IMG/VR virus record: IMGVR_UViG_3300044676_005681
Location: 1 to 26,717 of that record
Length of the DNA: 26,717 nt
Direction: 5' to 3' (one strand)
From: a virus
Lineage: Duplodnaviria > Caudoviricetes
In this document: one piece after another, positions 8,101 through 16,486 of the stretch
How the letters are laid out: every line of letters begins with the position of its first letter
How positions within the stretch are numbered: the stretch's first letter is position 1
Notes under the pieces: generated by a model
Databases searched by the model: none
What the model saw: only the letters and a program-made list of their open reading frames with translations
Told to the model about the DNA's origin: nothing
Position numbers and translations under genes: made by a program

Positions 8101-11089
8101 TAACGCAAGTGGTAGTGGTTATGAAATAGGTAATGTTATAACTATTCCAGGTAACACATTAGGTGGAGCAACACCAGCTAATGATGCAACAGTAACAGTA
8201 ACAGCAAAAGATGGAAGTGGTGGATTAAACACTGTAACTATTGCAGGAACAGGTCTTGCAGGCGGCGGATTGAATCTTGTAAGTGGTGTTACACTTACAG
8301 ACTTTACAACACAACCTATAAGTTCTGGTTCAAGTGTTAACTTCGAAGCATTATCAACTATTGAAATTACATGGCCTTATGCACATGGTATTGTGCCAGG
8401 AGATACTTTTGTTGTCGATGTTAATTCAGACGATGGTGGAACAAATAATCACACATTAGCTTCAGGATCATTTATTGCTATTAATGTTCCAACAAGCAAA
8501 AAAATTAGATATAACACAAGAGCTCCGGGAGCTGTACAAGAATTTACAGGAGATAGTACCGAGGATAGAATCCAAGGTAACGTGTACTTACGTCCAGATT
8601 CATTCTTTATTCACAGACCATATGATGGTGGTGTACAGTTAGGAACAGGCGGACCACAACACGGCGCTCAAGCAATTAGACAAAGTAAAAAATATATTAG
8701 ATATCAGTCAGGTAAAGGTATTATGTACACAACTGGTGCTCTATTTGCTCCAAGTTATGACTTAAGATCTGTAACAGCAGAGAGTACAGGTATTGGTGCA
8801 ATTATTACTATTTCAACTGATGATAACGATCACGGCGCACAAGTAGGTGGCAAGATTAGACTTATTGGAGTTGAAACTGCTGGATACAATGGCGAATATG
8901 TAGTTACACAAATTCTCGACGAAAGAACATTAAAATGTTTATCAACACGTAGACTAGGTTCTACTACAGCAACACTAGGATTTGCGGCACAGATGACAGT
9001 TGTAGGCTGGCATGGTGCTACAGTACGTTCAGGGATCTTTGATGATCAAAACGGAATTTATTGGGAATTTGACGGAAGTAATATTAGTGTTGCCCAGCGT
9101 ACAAGTACTAAACAGATTGCAGGTACAGCGGCAGTTACTCCAGATAGTAACCTAGTTACAGGTAATAATACAAGATTTAGAGATCAGTTAAAAGCTGGAG
9201 ATAGAATTGTTATTAAAGGAATGACTCACGTTGTTGCTAACGTAGATTCTAACACACAGATTACTGTTACACCAGACTTTAGAGGCGTAAACAATATTGC
9301 TTCTTGTAAAGTTAATCTAATTTCAGATAAGAAAGTACTACAAGAAGAATGGAACTTAGATAAAATGGACGGCACTGGACAAAGTGGATACAATATGGAT
9401 GTTAGATACATGCAGATGATTGGTATCCAGTACAGTTGGTATGGTGCTGGTTTTATTGACTGGATGGCACGTGGTGCTGATGGTAACTTTGTATTCTGTC
9501 ATAGAATGCGTAACTCAAACGTAAACACAGAAGCGTTTATGCGTTCAGGTAACTTACCTGTACGTTATGAAGTTACAAACGAAGGTGCTATGAGCATGTT
9601 GTCAGACGCAATTGATTCAACACAAACATTCCTTCCTCTAACAGAATCTAAATTCTTTCCAGACAGTGGTACAGTATACATTGATAACGAAATTATTAGT
9701 TACACAACTATTGATCATACACTAAAAAGATTAACAAACTGTACTAGAGGAACTACACTACAAAACTTCCAAGCTGGTGCTACTAGACAGTACAACGCAG
9801 GCGCGGCAAGTGGACATGCGATACGAACAGGTGTTATTTTAATTAGTAACACAATTACTCCTCTTATATCACATTGGGGTTCAGCATTTATTACAGATGG
9901 TATGTTTGATGAAGATAGAGGTTACATTTTCTCTTACACAGAAACAGGACTAAACATTAGTACAACAAGACAAACAGCATTCTTGCTTAGACTAGCACCT
10001 AGTGTTAGTAACGCTATTGTTGGCGACTTAGGTGATAGAGAACTACTAAACAGAGCTCAGTTGCTTATGCAAGGACTTGAGATTACATCAGATGGTGTAG
10101 ATCCGGCAGACAATGCTAATATTGTTACAGGCGGTATTGTTGTTGAAGGTATTTTGAACCCACAAAACTATCCACTAAACCCAAGTGATATTGGTTGGTC
10201 AGGATTATCAGGACTAGCACAAGGTGGACAGCCAAGTTTTGCACAGGTTGCATCAGGTGGTTCTGTTAACTGGAACAGTGGTGATACAGCGACATATAGT
10301 ACAGCGGCAGTTATGGCTCAGGTTACAACATCAGCACAACTTATGCCATGGTGGAGTTTTAGAACAAATAGAAGTTACGCATATTTTGATGCAAACAGTT
10401 GGGAAACAGCTAACTTATCAGTTGGTGACCAGGTTAATGCAGATGGAGGAGGTAACGAATACTTCCCAGCAGGAACTACGATTCAACAGGTTGTTGACCA
10501 AAGTATTTACGGAAGATACTTAGTTTACTTTTCAAGTAATTCAAATTCAAATTCAGCCAATGGCGCAACGCAGACATTCCAAAAAGGTGGAGACTTAAAT
10601 AATTCAAGTTATGCATACTTCCTTAAAAGTGTTTGGGACTCAGCAGGAGCTAAGTCAGGTACTGACATTGGTGATGCGGGCGGCGCGGCAACTAACCAAA
10701 GTGATGTTACTATGCCAGCGTCAAGTTATGTGGGAAATATTGAAGGACCATTACTATTTGGTAATCAAGCGTCAGGCGGTATTGAATTTTATAGAGTTAA
10801 CTTTAACAACAGTTACAACGGAACACTTCAACCAGGTGACTTGTTTAACTTTAAATTCCAGCAACCACCTTATGCACAGCCAGGTGAAACTGTGTTCTCA
10901 TTCATTGCTCAACCTGGAGAAAGATCTACATTGGATCTAGCACTATTGAAAGAACTTACAAATACTACACTAGGTGGTAGAGGTACTTTCCCAAATGGTC
11001 CAGACGTGCTTGCACTGAACGTTTATAAAACGTCAGGAGCGGCTGTGGATGCGAATATTATTATTAAATGGGGTGAAGCTCAGGCTTAA
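5150..11089 (+). CDS. Large virion structural protein (tail fibre/baseplate appendage-like), 1979 aa
   Basis: Gly/Thr/Ser-rich. It has an N-terminal CERDTGFNIDAWSHDLRYTGN module of the type seen in marine T4-like structural proteins, five internal GxGY...GG-x-(T/S)PAND-type repeats and three T..HG...G modules. Confidence 0.75.
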   Translation: MAKKKIYNYKFYPGLGLNDNTYPNAWALLTTNKDFIKKEVAAWIAQQVADNATGFVGYTYDSARCERDTGFNIDAWSHDLRYTGNEETTRISKTYWEQDVAQVDGDRQAEILAKAFTRDLIINHVFNNSPQSTPYQGNVAQVTNSNNAEPAAGTVIQTLSGIVIDVLTTGTSALPTFVRKGLGHVRFQGNYDASDLLIVTNTTKTEVIYNFTDALKGGKVTRVDDVTPRDSSGYVPKYDSVSSNENADADFPKYLQTTDAVTILDLTHNTSGHSETDELQIFIDSPEQRTRPYDFGTDAIERMRIAPPLSMLDADFEYGLQPTKWSAIGMMRGYPSVYELPGTETQVLSVVTDASAGTSGIGASKITVTTLGAHGFEAGTPITIKALEDAVVGAARAEGSFIIDDIPTNTTFTFYAKAKVGTTNGDVLSTTYTQLRQGAFYTGASVGQPLFTVFSNGTNGTMNLSLAAQVSENRLAFTGNIPEIGAPIVNAAFPTGTQVTAIASTPGGTALPLNLTQDINIGNTDIEVSSTTGIVVGQAADNGSGDAIFVNNIAGTTISMSGSFTSAITRNTETYTGVTGTITAPVGTNAEFTISRTGVNYAVDTVSQAGSGYKAGDRLLVTGDNLGGTTPANDATLTVTTVNGTGGITAANISGTALSGTITYTGPASTLTQNGGSIGTTNFDISYASGGYTTVDINSPNDTTGYAVGDRLRITGSQLLGGVGQDGNQAAAGNDFVGRVTAVGAGGSITTIVPDTGWSVGTPPSQTRSYSFGGSNLSYTGGTGTGFEFSINVNGTTYTWQGAGTPGTGYTTADTIVCAGSNMGGASPANDLYLRVVAVDGAGGIIDVRVEGSDESSVPVAFNGGTFEGKTLADLVGSSATFNITNDGTNFGVVVTANGTDYHVGQTYVVAGNLIGGSTPANDCTITIDSVNGTTGAIATVSVSGSAPALPTVFSGQTGTNVAHAGTSGTFNITRTSGTYSVVINASGSGYEIGNVITIPGNTLGGATPANDATVTVTAKDGSGGLNTVTIAGTGLAGGGLNLVSGVTLTDFTTQPISSGSSVNFEALSTIEITWPYAHGIVPGDTFVVDVNSDDGGTNNHTLASGSFIAINVPTSKKIRYNTRAPGAVQEFTGDSTEDRIQGNVYLRPDSFFIHRPYDGGVQLGTGGPQHGAQAIRQSKKYIRYQSGKGIMYTTGALFAPSYDLRSVTAESTGIGAIITISTDDNDHGAQVGGKIRLIGVETAGYNGEYVVTQILDERTLKCLSTRRLGSTTATLGFAAQMTVVGWHGATVRSGIFDDQNGIYWEFDGSNISVAQRTSTKQIAGTAAVTPDSNLVTGNNTRFRDQLKAGDRIVIKGMTHVVANVDSNTQITVTPDFRGVNNIASCKVNLISDKKVLQEEWNLDKMDGTGQSGYNMDVRYMQMIGIQYSWYGAGFIDWMARGADGNFVFCHRMRNSNVNTEAFMRSGNLPVRYEVTNEGAMSMLSDAIDSTQTFLPLTESKFFPDSGTVYIDNEIISYTTIDHTLKRLTNCTRGTTLQNFQAGATRQYNAGAASGHAIRTGVILISNTITPLISHWGSAFITDGMFDEDRGYIFSYTETGLNISTTRQTAFLLRLAPSVSNAIVGDLGDRELLNRAQLLMQGLEITSDGVDPADNANIVTGGIVVEGILNPQNYPLNPSDIGWSGLSGLAQGGQPSFAQVASGGSVNWNSGDTATYSTAAVMAQVTTSAQLMPWWSFRTNRSYAYFDANSWETANLSVGDQVNADGGGNEYFPAGTTIQQVVDQSIYGRYLVYFSSNSNSNSANGATQTFQKGGDLNNSSYAYFLKSVWDSAGAKSGTDIGDAGGAATNQSDVTMPASSYVGNIEGPLLFGNQASGGIEFYRVNFNNSYNGTLQPGDLFNFKFQQPPYAQPGETVFSFIAQPGERSTLDLALLKELTNTTLGGRGTFPNGPDVLALNVYKTSGAAVDANIIIKWGEAQA
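6920..8260 (+). repeat. Five degenerate protein-level repeats (about 90-100 aa period) inside the 1979-aa protein
   Basis: GSGYKAGDRLLVTGDNLGGTTPANDATLTV; TTGYAVGDRLRITGSQLLGG...AGNDFVGRV; GTGYTTADTIVCAGSNMGGASPANDLYLRV; GTDYHVGQTYVVAGNLIGGSTPANDCTITI; GSGYEIGNVITIPGNTLGGATPANDATVTV. Confidence 0.85.
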
Positions 11090-11502
11090 TCAGTAGGAGC
11101 TTCTACTTCTGTTTGTGTCATTGCAGGCTTAGGCTTTTGACTATCACCGGGTGCAATACGATAATTATCTTCAACGCTATCAGGTGTACTTACTTCGGTA
11201 ATACTACTTCCAGGTTCCATACAAACTAATTGATGTGGCATTAAAGGCGGATTGTGCCAAGTCATACCTTCTGTAAGTTCTTGTGATTTGTATTCTGCGG
11301 TAGTTGTATCAATGTAGTTTAACAAAAATCTTCCGTTATTAACAAACCATGTTTCATCTTTTTCTTTATGGAAGTGCATACTAAACTTAGATCCAACTCT
11401 TTCAAATACCATTATCTTTCCACAGTATTTTTCGTTTGTTGCCCAAATTAATTCGTATCCCCAGCCTTTGTCTACCTTACCTTCTAATCTAGTCGGTTCC
11501 AT
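11086..11502 (-). CDS. Cupin-fold sugar isomerase-like protein (mannose-6-phosphate isomerase/D-lyxose isomerase type)
   Basis: KGWGYELIW, FSMHFHKEKDETW (cupin motif 1, HxHxxxxE), PPLMPHQL (motif 2) and EVSTPDSVEDNYR. Confidence 0.75.
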   Translation of the reverse strand: MEPTRLEGKVDKGWGYELIWATNEKYCGKIMVFERVGSKFSMHFHKEKDETWFVNNGRFLLNYIDTTTAEYKSQELTEGMTWHNPPLMPHQLVCMEPGSSITEVSTPDSVEDNYRIAPGDSQKPKPAMTQTEVEAPTD

Positions 11503-12319
11503 TAATGTATTCCTCTATTGTGTGCCAATGTCTCATTGCTATAGTGTTGTGTAGTTTTGCATTATCTGCACAAGTATATTCTTGATACTGTCCTTTTAAG
11601 TGTTTAGGCATTGGAATGTACTCAATCTTTGCATTATATTTTTTAGCAATAATATTAGCAATTTCTTCAACATTAACTGCTTTGCCTGCTCCTAAATTAT
11701 AAAGTCCTACGGCATCAGTTTTGTGCATCATTTTTTCATGTACTACAGCAACATCATGTACACTTACACAATCTCTTTTATAAGTGTTACTATTTTCGAA
11801 TAGTTTAATTACTCCGTCTTGACTTGCTTGCTTTTGGAATTTGCTAACTAAACTCATTTGATCGCCTTTATGTCCTTCTCCAGGACCATATACATTAAAA
11901 TATCTAAAGTTTTGTACAAGCATTCCAAAGTTTTCGTATCCGTTATCTTCTAAAAATTTATCAATTAGGTACTTACTCCATGCATAAGGAGTTTGTGGAT
12001 ATACAGGATCGTTCTCATTAAATTTTGTATTATTTCCGTATACAGCAGAAGTACTTACAAGTTGAATATTAGTGTTCACATGTTCACATACCTGCATTAG
12101 ACGTAGCGTAAATTCATAATTTTGTCGCCAAACCTTATTAACATCTCTTTCTGTAGTATCTGATATTGCACCGCAATGTATTACCCAATCATATTCAGCT
12201 ACGTCAGGAACAACATTTTCTATCCATTCAAATCCGTCAACTTCATGTTCTTTTGTTTGTAGATAATTGGCAATATAGCTACCAATAAATCCTTTATGTC
12301 CTGTTACTAGTATTTTCAT
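11489..12319 (-). CDS. hldD: ADP-L-glycero-D-manno-heptose 6-epimerase
   Basis: ILVTGHKGFIG (NAD binding), HCGAISDTTE, YAWSK (YxxxK), FRYFNVYGPGEGHKG and YQEYTCAD are all characteristic of HldD/RfaD. AGAGG Shine-Dalgarno. Confidence 0.9.
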   Translation of the reverse strand: MKILVTGHKGFIGSYIANYLQTKEHEVDGFEWIENVVPDVAEYDWVIHCGAISDTTERDVNKVWRQNYEFTLRLMQVCEHVNTNIQLVSTSAVYGNNTKFNENDPVYPQTPYAWSKYLIDKFLEDNGYENFGMLVQNFRYFNVYGPGEGHKGDQMSLVSKFQKQASQDGVIKLFENSNTYKRDCVSVHDVAVVHEKMMHKTDAVGLYNLGAGKAVNVEEIANIIAKKYNAKIEYIPMPKHLKGQYQEYTCADNAKLHNTIAMRHWHTIEEYINGTD

Positions 12320-12336
12320 TTGTACCTCTTTTTACT

Positions 12337-12365
12337 ATTATACTATCTTTAATTACTGTTGTCAA
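12337..12365 (-). promoter_or_regulatory. Perfect sigma70-type promoter TTGACA-17-TATAAT upstream of hldD
   Basis: The plus strand has tgtcaa at 12360-12365 and attata at 12337-12342, 17 nt apart. The -35 lies inside the last codons of hldE. Confidence 0.85.
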
Positions 12366-13497
12366 TCTTTTTAATTGTTGCAGATGTACTATGTCCTTCA
12401 ACTATAGGAAATATTACAACTTCAGCAAGATGATTTCCAACTACAGTATCAAACGTATAATCGCCACCTTTTACTATAATATCTGGCTCTAAAACAGTCA
12501 TCGCTTCCAACGGAGTATCTTCGTCAAAAATAATTACATCATCTACAAAACCAAGCTCTAAGAGCAATTCCTTGCGGGTGTCTTGATCGTTAATGGGTCT
12601 TAAATCGCCTTTTAAACGCTTTACACTTGCATCGCTGTTAATACCCACTATAAGCCTATTTCCTAGGCTGTGTGCGTGTCTAAGTAGCTTTAAATGGCCA
12701 ATATGCAGTATATCAAACACTCCATTAGTCCATACAACTACATCTTCTAAATCAGATTTTTTAAGAATATATGTACCAGCATGTTTTACACTTTCTGTTG
12801 AACCACGAATAGCAACCTTTATTGCCTTTTCGTAATCATACCCTTTAGTAAGTGCATATACAAAACTTGCTAAAAAACAATCTCCGGCACCTGTAACATC
12901 TGCTACTTCTAAATTTTCAACTGGGATCTCATAGTTTTTACCATCAATGTGTGCAATAACTTCTTCTCCAGCATTAGTTGTAATAATATTACCCTGCCAT
13001 TCATCAAATCCTAAATCATGGAATTCGTTGTAGTTAGGTTTTACCAACCAAGCACCTTCGTAGAACCAAGCATGTTCTTTTGGATCAACAATTACTTTAC
13101 AATTATACTTGTTAATATGTGCAATAATATCTTTTGCTTCGTCTAACACACCTTTGTTATAATCACTTAGTACAACATAATCGTACTGTGAAAAGTCTGT
13201 TGATTTTACAAGGCCCAATACGTCTGCGCCGCTGGCTTGTGCGTCATCATCAATTCGTGTAATATAATGTCCGTCACAGATTATTCTAGTTTTAACACTA
13301 ACGTCTCCGGGTGTTTCAAACATATCAACATCAACACCTAGACTTTTTAAATTTTCATATACAAGTCCTGCGCCACCTCTTGTTTCTTTTTCATCAATGT
13401 AAGTTATTACAGGTACAGGTGCTTCTGGGCTGATACGTGTCGATGTCCCGTAGATATATTTGTCGATTATTACATCGCCAAGTACTAAAACTTTCAT
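12349..13497 (-). CDS. hldE: Bifunctional heptose 7-phosphate kinase / heptose 1-phosphate adenylyltransferase (compact, 382 aa)
   Basis: PfkB-type kinase half: VLGDVIIDKY, RISPEAPVPV, LSDYNKG, VDPK, DVTGAGD. Nucleotidyltransferase half: TNGVFDILHIGH, GINSDASVKRLKGDLRPIN, VKGGDY, GHSTS. Confidence 0.92.
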   Translation of the reverse strand: MKVLVLGDVIIDKYIYGTSTRISPEAPVPVITYIDEKETRGGAGLVYENLKSLGVDVDMFETPGDVSVKTRIICDGHYITRIDDDAQASGADVLGLVKSTDFSQYDYVVLSDYNKGVLDEAKDIIAHINKYNCKVIVDPKEHAWFYEGAWLVKPNYNEFHDLGFDEWQGNIITTNAGEEVIAHIDGKNYEIPVENLEVADVTGAGDCFLASFVYALTKGYDYEKAIKVAIRGSTESVKHAGTYILKKSDLEDVVVWTNGVFDILHIGHLKLLRHAHSLGNRLIVGINSDASVKRLKGDLRPINDQDTRKELLLELGFVDDVIIFDEDTPLEAMTVLEPDIIVKGGDYTFDTVVGNHLAEVVIFPIVEGHSTSATIKKIDNSN

Positions 13498-14975
13498 TAC
13501 ATGTTCCTTATATAATCTGTATTGTCTGGTAAGTCTTTGCTCATGTTATCAAAGTCTTGAATGTGATATGTGTATGCACTGTCACCAACTTGTTGATCGT
13601 TATTAAAAATAACTTCTTTCTCAGCAACTTCTGATGCAAGTGCACCTGTGCCTGCAAGTACATAACTCCATAATGGCCAGCCTGCACTTCCTTCTTGACG
13701 TGGGAATAATGTAGCATTAGGTACTCTGTGTTTACAAACTTCGTGCATGGATCTTACAAAGTCTGTGCTTGTTGCACCACTGTTAATATATTTCCAAAAT
13801 TCTGTATCTTTACGGCCACAAGTATAATGTGCTACTAAGAAATCTTTCATTGTATCATATAAATGACCATTAGTTACATTGTATTCGTTTACTGTTGCTT
13901 CGTTACAAGTTATATCTCTTGTTGATCCTAACGAAGAGTAAATAAAATGTTTTAGTTGTATAATTGTTGTGTGTATACTTGTTGCTTCCAAAGGTTCAGC
14001 AAACGCCGCACACAATCCAATTGATAAAACATTCTTGATCCATAGTGTTTCTTGACGTCCACTATCAAATTTTATGTGTCTAATAGGCTCAACTTTACGT
14101 CCTATTGTTTGTTCTAGTTCTGCATGTGCTTGATCAGGTGTTACGAAATCATCACAGAATACATAACCACAGCCCCGTCTATTTTTTGTTGGTATTTGCC
14201 AACACCATCCATTGTTTTGCGCCCAAGCATTTGTTACAGGCTCAATTTTTTCATCGTCTTCATATGGTAATAAAAACGGCAATGCACCGTTTACAGGCAA
14301 ATTCTCTTTGTAACTTTTCCATTTACCACCTACTGCTTTGATTAATACTTGATTAAAGCCACTAGCATCAATAAACATGTCGCCATTCACAGTATCACCA
14401 TTACTTAATTTTACAGATTCAACATAACCTGACTCACCATTAACTTGTACATGCTCTACTTCACTATCAATATGTGTTACTGTGTCACATATTTTCTTAA
14501 AATATTGTCCAACTTTGTGTGCATCAAAGTGATAAGCATGGTTGCCGTTTGTCTGCACAAAACTATTTTTGTTATGATGTATTTTATAACCTAATTCTGT
14601 TGCAAGGTGCAAATAATCTTGTTCTCTATATCCTAAAGCGTGTTGAAAAACAATATCACAACGATCATTACTAGTAGGTGTACCATCAATTGGACCGATA
14701 TAAAACTTGTTTGGATCTTCGTTCCAGCCAATATGTTTGATACCTAACTTAATTGTAGCATCGCACTCTTTAATAAAGTCTTGTTCGTTACAACCAAGGT
14801 CCCACATTTCATTTTGTACAATGTTTGTCAGTGTTCCTGTTGATCCTTCACCAGCACCAATAATACCAATTTTACTACTTTCAATACAAGTAACAGTATG
14901 TTCAGGACGTATTTTGCTAATCATAAGAGCGGCAAGCCAACCGGCTGTACCACCACCAACAACAACTATCTTCAT
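13497..14975 (-). CDS. Flavin-dependent halogenase (tryptophan halogenase-like)
   Basis: Start revised to 14975 (MKIVVVGGGTAGW; ATGA overlap with the upstream stop). Motifs: IGAGEGS, ATIKLGI (catalytic Lys position), AYHFDA, FIDASGF, GWCWQIP, FAEPLEATSIH. Confidence 0.9.
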   Translation of the reverse strand: MKIVVVGGGTAGWLAALMISKIRPEHTVTCIESSKIGIIGAGEGSTGTLTNIVQNEMWDLGCNEQDFIKECDATIKLGIKHIGWNEDPNKFYIGPIDGTPTSNDRCDIVFQHALGYREQDYLHLATELGYKIHHNKNSFVQTNGNHAYHFDAHKVGQYFKKICDTVTHIDSEVEHVQVNGESGYVESVKLSNGDTVNGDMFIDASGFNQVLIKAVGGKWKSYKENLPVNGALPFLLPYEDDEKIEPVTNAWAQNNGWCWQIPTKNRRGCGYVFCDDFVTPDQAHAELEQTIGRKVEPIRHIKFDSGRQETLWIKNVLSIGLCAAFAEPLEATSIHTTIIQLKHFIYSSLGSTRDITCNEATVNEYNVTNGHLYDTMKDFLVAHYTCGRKDTEFWKYINSGATSTDFVRSMHEVCKHRVPNATLFPRQEGSAGWPLWSYVLAGTGALASEVAEKEVIFNNDQQVGDSAYTYHIQDFDNMSKDLPDNTDYIRNM

Positions 14976-16486
14976 ACTAACGATCCTCCATCGCCACGTG
15001 CCGCATAGCGTTGCCACCAGTCTGCACCCATGTTTGTACTTTCAATAGCATCTTGATGGCTTATACTAGAACACATTCTAATATCTTCTGCGGCTAAAAA
15101 TTGTGCCATCATAAAGTCTATTTCCATAGGGTTCAAATAACTTAGATCTTTATTAACAGGATAACCCATTTGAATTAACCATAACTGCCAATTAGGAGAA
15201 TGAAATAATGTCATAGAGTCTACACTTGAATAAAACTTTTTAGTAGGATCTTTTAACCATGCTTCATACCAAATATGTTTATCTGATTTTACATGTGTTT
15301 CTTTTACAAAATTCCAAAAAGGTGTGTCCCATTTGCTGTCAGCATAATGACTATTAATAAAGTCAACAGCATCTTCATACCAATAGCCCATTTCTTCATT
15401 ATAACCTTTAATATCTCTTTCACTGTACGCATATTGTGGAATACGTGCCGCAAGTTTTTGCACACCAATAGTCATACTTGCTAAACCTGTAGACTCTAAT
15501 GGTTCTATAAATCCGCCACTTAGTCCTAATGATACAACATTATTTTCCCAAAAGTTTTCACTATAATAAGGAACCCAATCAATAACTTTCAGATCTTCTG
15601 GCTTGATTCTTCCTTCCCAATGATCGCAAAAATATTGCTTTGCTGTATCAATATCTGTAATATCTTTGTTGAATACCATACCGCTACCAAAGCGTGATTG
15701 TGTAGGAATTTTCCAAATCCAACCGTGATCAACAGCAGGACAACTTACATATGGCACACATTCTTTTTCTTTATCTTGATATTCTACATGACCTGCAACA
15801 GCAGTATTAGTAAATAATCTGCCCTCACCTAGAAGTTCTACACGCTTTGCTTTTTTCAAAATAGAAGCAAAACCTGTGCAGTCAATATAAAAATCTGATT
15901 CATGTTTAGTGCCATTTTTAAGATCTAAACTAGTAATATTACCGTCATTGTCTTTATTAACACCAACTACATCACTTTTAATTACATTTACTTTTCCGTG
16001 ACAGTGTTTTTGCAGTTCTTGTACTAACTTACCAGCATCAATATGATATGCAAGTGTTTCAAAAGCACCCCACATGTCTAACTTATTATTCATTGTTGTA
16101 TTATAAGTAGGCAATGCGGCTTGTTTAAAATCTAAATCCTGTTTAGTTGACCATAAATCGTACTGTGTACATGCCTTATCAAAATAACTTCTATTCAAAT
16201 AAAACGGATGCCATACACTGCCTTCAGGATTTCTCCAACCAGGAAAATCAATACCTGCTTTGTAAGTTGCGTCAACACCTTTAAACCACTCTGGCAAATG
16301 TAGACCACACTGCCTTAGAAATTGAGGGAATGTTAACACAGTAGCTTCGCCTACTCCAATAGGATTGCCAACTTCTTTGTCAATAACTGTTAATGGTAAA
16401 TCCCAAAAATTGTTTTGAATATATGCGGCCGCTAACCATGCCGCAGATCCACCACCAACTATTGTAATGTTTCTGAGTTGCTTCAT
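14972..16486 (-). CDS. Flavin-dependent halogenase (tryptophan halogenase-like)
   Basis: IVGGGSAAW, IGVGEAT, ATYKAGI (catalytic Lys position), AYHIDA, YIDCTGF, GWIWKIP, FIEPLESTGL. Confidence 0.9.
   Translation of the reverse strand: MKQLRNITIVGGGSAAWLAAAYIQNNFWDLPLTVIDKEVGNPIGVGEATVLTFPQFLRQCGLHLPEWFKGVDATYKAGIDFPGWRNPEGSVWHPFYLNRSYFDKACTQYDLWSTKQDLDFKQAALPTYNTTMNNKLDMWGAFETLAYHIDAGKLVQELQKHCHGKVNVIKSDVVGVNKDNDGNITSLDLKNGTKHESDFYIDCTGFASILKKAKRVELLGEGRLFTNTAVAGHVEYQDKEKECVPYVSCPAVDHGWIWKIPTQSRFGSGMVFNKDITDIDTAKQYFCDHWEGRIKPEDLKVIDWVPYYSENFWENNVVSLGLSGGFIEPLESTGLASMTIGVQKLAARIPQYAYSERDIKGYNEEMGYWYEDAVDFINSHYADSKWDTPFWNFVKETHVKSDKHIWYEAWLKDPTKKFYSSVDSMTLFHSPNWQLWLIQMGYPVNKDLSYLNPMEIDFMMAQFLAAEDIRMCSSISHQDAIESTNMGADWWQRYAARGDGGSLV

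Noticed and set aside
10538-10555. Microrepeat (AATTCA)x3
   Set aside because: It simply encodes Asn-Ser-Asn-Ser-Asn-Ser in frame and is too short to imply phase variation.
11086-13497. Interpreting hldE/hldD as bacterial chromosome or contamination
   Set aside because: They overlap phage genes on both sides, have similar base composition, and share the same GCWGC avoidance.
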